This document shows, piece after piece, positions 17,506 to 20,000 of a DNA stretch of 20,000 nucleotides (position 1 is its first letter; every line of letters begins with the position of its first letter). Under the pieces are notes generated by a model. It worked only from the letters and a program-made list of their open reading frames with translations, was not told where the DNA came from and searched no databases. The stretch lies in the IMG/VR virus record IMGVR_UViG_3300031853_000024, one strand, 5' to 3'. Source of the stretch: an uncultured virus (IMG/VR IMGVR_UViG_3300031853_000024) (Duplodnaviria > Heunggongvirae > Uroviricota > Caudoviricetes > Schitoviridae). The position numbers and the translations under genes are program-made.

Positions 17506-17836
17506 AGAAAATAGAAGAGATATATTATCTAAGCTACCTGATGAGTTGCTGCAAACCAAAGAATGTAAATTAATACATTCTTGGATTAGTAGTACACCTC
17601 ATGCAGCTTGGAGATTACTAGCATATTGTGAACCATATAGTATTAAATCAATAGAGTTAACTATAACTGATATAAGTGTTCGTGGTTCTTATTTTGTAGT
17701 TATTAAAGTATTTATCTCAGGTACTAAATATGACTACTTTAATGCACCTAAAAATAAATCATACCCTCAAGTAGATATAGCATATCAAATAGCTAATTAT
17801 TTAAAGATATTAGGATTATACGTAAATGACCATTAA
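17492..17836 (+). CDS. YxxILG-family paralog 7
   Basis: LPDELL ... ANYLKILGL. Confidence 0.8.
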   Translation: MTANEENRRDILSKLPDELLQTKECKLIHSWISSTPHAAWRLLAYCEPYSIKSIELTITDISVRGSYFVVIKVFISGTKYDYFNAPKNKSYPQVDIAYQIANYLKILGLYVNDH

Positions 17837-18122
17837 TGAATTACTTAATGTATTATATACTGTACCCTTTAATAAACTAACAGATGGTATTATTTATTGT
17901 AGAATAAATAACTTTGTAGACGTTGTATCTACTCTAGGTAGAGTAGATATAGATTTTATGAGAGGTAATACATGTATAGGTTTTATAAGGGTATATGGAG
18001 ATAATACTATAAACCCTGCATTACCTGAAATATTAGAAACAAATCCAAGACGTAAAGAATATTTAGAAGTTATAGAAAAAGTTATAGCTTACTTAGAAAT
18101 AATAGGATTTAAAACCATATGA
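17826..18122 (+). CDS. YxxILG-family paralog 8
   Basis: VPFNKL ... IAYLEIIGF; close paralog of no. 4. Confidence 0.8.
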   Translation: MTINELLNVLYTVPFNKLTDGIIYCRINNFVDVVSTLGRVDIDFMRGNTCIGFIRVYGDNTINPALPEILETNPRRKEYLEVIEKVIAYLEIIGFKTI

Positions 18123-18418
18123 TTACTTTACCTGAAGAATTATATACTAGTGAATTAGTAGATATAATATGTATACCTAATGAAGAATATGAAAATATTA
18201 CATTAAATGTAATACCATATAAATATGCACAAGAAACAGAAGAAGTAGCTGATATTTGGTTTAGAGAAAACACTTACTGTATAGATCAAGTACATTACCG
18301 TTTAAAAGATAAAGTAGGTAATGAAATGGTAGATAATGAAGTAAAAGAAATATTAGTTAATATAAAGAACTATTTAGATATTCTTGGTTTTAAGGATATT
18401 ACACATGATGAATACTAA
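18119..18418 (+). CDS. YxxILG-family paralog 9
   Basis: LPEELY ... KNYLDILGF; ATGA overlap. Confidence 0.8.
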   Translation: MITLPEELYTSELVDIICIPNEEYENITLNVIPYKYAQETEEVADIWFRENTYCIDQVHYRLKDKVGNEMVDNEVKEILVNIKNYLDILGFKDITHDEY

Positions 18419-18758
18419 AACAGCAAAAATAACAAATGCTCAATTAGATGCAGGAGCACAAATAGAAAAGTTTATATCAGATATACCATTAGATTTATTA
18501 GGTAAACATGATTTTGGTATAGGTATTAAAAAAGATATTAGATGGGGACATGACCCATATGGTGTATATGAATTATATGTACCTGATGAAAATAAAATAT
18601 TACATGCTGTATTAACAGCTATTATTACTAAGAGTACATATCAAATAACAACTTATACATTATTCTATGATGATAAAATAATTGATGAAATAGATAATAT
18701 AAAAAGTAAATTAGAAGCTTATTTTGGTATTCTTGGTTTAGAGAAAAAAGATGAATAA
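18405..18758 (+). CDS. YxxILG-family paralog 10
   Basis: IPLDLL ... EAYFGILGL. Start moved to ATG 18405/18408, after AAGGA. Confidence 0.8.
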   Translation: MMNTKTAKITNAQLDAGAQIEKFISDIPLDLLGKHDFGIGIKKDIRWGHDPYGVYELYVPDENKILHAVLTAIITKSTYQITTYTLFYDDKIIDEIDNIKSKLEAYFGILGLEKKDE

Positions 18759-19023
18759 ATTAGAATTAATTAATAATATTAAAGACTTATATGTTAATGC
18801 ATACTTTGTAGGATTTACTGAAGGTATATTTGTAAATAATAGTATTTTACTAAAATATAAATATCCTAATATGTATACTGAAAAAGTAGGAATTGCTATT
18901 GTATTTGAAAATGATGGTGCTATAACTATAATAAATTGGTTTAAAGGTGATTTAACTAAAGATATAGTTAATAAATTAATGAACTATTTTAAGTTACTTG
19001 GATATACAGTAACTAAGATATGA
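18751..19023 (+). CDS. YxxILG-family paralog 11
   Basis: Ends in MNYFKLLGY; lacks the N-terminal Pro. Confidence 0.75.
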   Translation: MNKLELINNIKDLYVNAYFVGFTEGIFVNNSILLKYKYPNMYTEKVGIAIVFENDGAITIINWFKGDLTKDIVNKLMNYFKLLGYTVTKI

Positions 19024-19030
19024 GATACAT

Positions 19031-19381
19031 ATGGATTCACTATTAAAGGCTCAACTAGAAACAGCCGAACAAATAGATAACTTTATGTCAGGTATTCCAA
19101 TAGATTTATTTGATAAACCTGATTTCTTCATAGGCATACATAGAGAAATTATGTGGGATAATCGTGGTGATCCATTTGGTAAATATGATTTAGTTGTACC
19201 TGATAAGAATAATTTACGATTTAGTGTATTATCTGCAATTATTACTAAGACTACATATCAAGTACATACTAATACAAGATTTTATGATGATAATGTAAAG
19301 ACTACAATAAATAATATAAAGAATAGGTTAGAAGCCTATTGTAGTATTATGGGTTTAGTAGAAAAGATAGTCCACTATTAA
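19031..19381 (+). CDS. YxxILG-family paralog 12
   Basis: IPIDLF ... EAYCSIMGL; close paralog of no. 10. Confidence 0.8.
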   Translation: MDSLLKAQLETAEQIDNFMSGIPIDLFDKPDFFIGIHREIMWDNRGDPFGKYDLVVPDKNNLRFSVLSAIITKTTYQVHTNTRFYDDNVKTTINNIKNRLEAYCSIMGLVEKIVHY

Positions 19382-19389
19382 GTGGACTA
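19362..19389 (-). terminator. Hairpin at the convergent junction, probably the minus-strand terminator
   Basis: TAGTCCACT-ATTA-AGTGGACTA perfect 9-bp stem. On the minus strand it is followed by TCTTTT. Confidence 0.6.
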
Positions 19390-19462
19390 GAAAAAAGGCT
19401 GTTAACTGGTCCGCTATAACTAAGCGCATAACAGCTCTATTATTTGGTTAAAAACAATAATA

Positions 19463-19492
19463 TTACTTCTTTTTCTTTCCACCACAACCCAT
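19463..19492 (-). CDS. Candidate 9-aa micropeptide MGCGGKKKK
   Basis: Strong TAAGGAGA SD overlapping the upstream stop codon; the GGAG core is 6 nt from the ATG. Confidence 0.45.
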   Translation of the reverse strand: MGCGGKKKK

Positions 19493-19502
19493 AATAGTCT
19501 CC

Positions 19503-19718
19503 TTATTCAAACAACTTAACCTTAACACTTTTACACAATTCTTTAATCTCATTGTCATTCTTTAAATCAGTTTTATATGCTTTTAAACATACCTTTTCTA
19601 AGTTATCAGACTGTTCAATAAGATGGTTTTCATGACTAACAGCTCCCCATAAAAATATTGATAAGCCAACTATTACAATTAACACAACACCGCCAAATTC
19701 AAAAGACTCAATATCCAT
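19503..19718 (-). CDS. Small membrane-anchored protein
   Basis: N-terminal transmembrane helix (GGVVLIVIVGLSIFLWGAV), two Cys; GAGG SD. Confidence 0.6.
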   Translation of the reverse strand: MDIESFEFGGVVLIVIVGLSIFLWGAVSHENHLIEQSDNLEKVCLKAYKTDLKNDNEIKELCKSVKVKLFE

Positions 19719-19830
19719 AAACCCTCACTTGAGTAAGTGTCTTGCAAGACAATTTAACTTCACATCCCACGTGGGAACGCACAGGATTTCAACCTGTTTA
19801 TAGCAAGACACTTGAAATCAATTTGCTACT

Positions 19831-20000
19831 CTATTTGCTACTTTCTAACTGTTCAATTCTAGCTGTCAGTTCCTTTAGCTTCTTTCGTAAATAAGCGCAC
19901 TCAACGATTAAGGCTTCTGTATACCTTAAACTGTAATGCTCAGATGCTTCTCTTATGACTTTTTTCTCTTTTGTTTTAGTTCCATCTTCATTTTCAACTT
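19831..20000 (-). CDS. Tail fibre/spike, C-terminal intramolecular chaperone (peptidase S74-like) end; partial
   Basis: My translation is ...VENEDGTKTKEKKVIREASEHYSLRYTEALIVECAYLRKKLKELTARIEQLESSK*. It matches the 'YxLRYxEAL..E.AY.R.....L..RI..LE' coiled-coil terminus of S74 chaperone domains. Not in the ORF track. Confidence 0.75.
   Translation of the reverse strand, partial: VENEDGTKTKEKKVIREASEHYSLRYTEALIVECAYLRKKLKELTARIEQLESSK

Noticed and set aside
17492..18418. LPDELL/LPEELY as true F-box motifs
   Set aside because: The resemblance is limited to about 6 residues and the rest of the F-box consensus is missing. It is kept only as an analogy for an adaptor role.
15602..19381. Array as a CRISPR array, DGR target set or integron cassette array
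   Set aside because: The recurring motifs lie within coding sequence about 300 bp apart. I see no reverse transcriptase, no adenine-specific TR/VR pair, no attC-like palindromes and no integrase in the window.
19772..19846. Functional tRNA on the minus strand
   Set aside because: Only a T-arm-like hairpin (TTG instead of TTC) and a CCA are present. The acceptor, D and anticodon stems do not pair properly, and the 5' part overlaps the tail fibre gene.
1..20000. Stop-codon reassignment, introns or inteins
   Set aside because: Helicase, polymerase and primase are uninterrupted and of the expected size in the standard code, and all three stop codons end genes at tight junctions.

Overview
AT-rich lytic phage DNA, most consistent with an N4-like (Schitoviridae-type) podovirus. 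The assignment comes from recognised motifs and gene order, not from a database search. From left to right: the 3' end of a LydA-like holin; a cluster of small early-type genes led by a SLOG/DprA-fold protein; an N4-style replication block (Dda/RecD-like helicase, family A DNA polymerase, Cas4-like PD-(D/E)XK nuclease, primase, Sak4-like AAA ATPase, SSB, RusA-like resolvase); a minus-strand pair containing a large protein with a (PE)n linker and a permuted papain-like C-terminal domain; a plus-strand array of 12 small, highly diverged paralogs; and the C-terminal chaperone (S74-like) end of a minus-strand tail fibre. The best candidate for an undescribed system is the array at 15602-19381. Its members share an N-terminal 'hP-x-[DEN]-h' motif and a C-terminal 'Y-[FL]-x-I-[LI]-G-[FL]' motif around a hypervariable core, and a possible 13th member lies at 1365-1697. 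Six perfect 5-bp-stem C-TAC-G hairpins (template strand C-GTA-G, like N4 virion-RNAP promoters) occur in the window: four head operons, including the array, and two lie inside replication genes. Other candidates are a structured intergenic RNA (10870-11045), a 9-aa micro-ORF and a palindrome-dense element near the right end.
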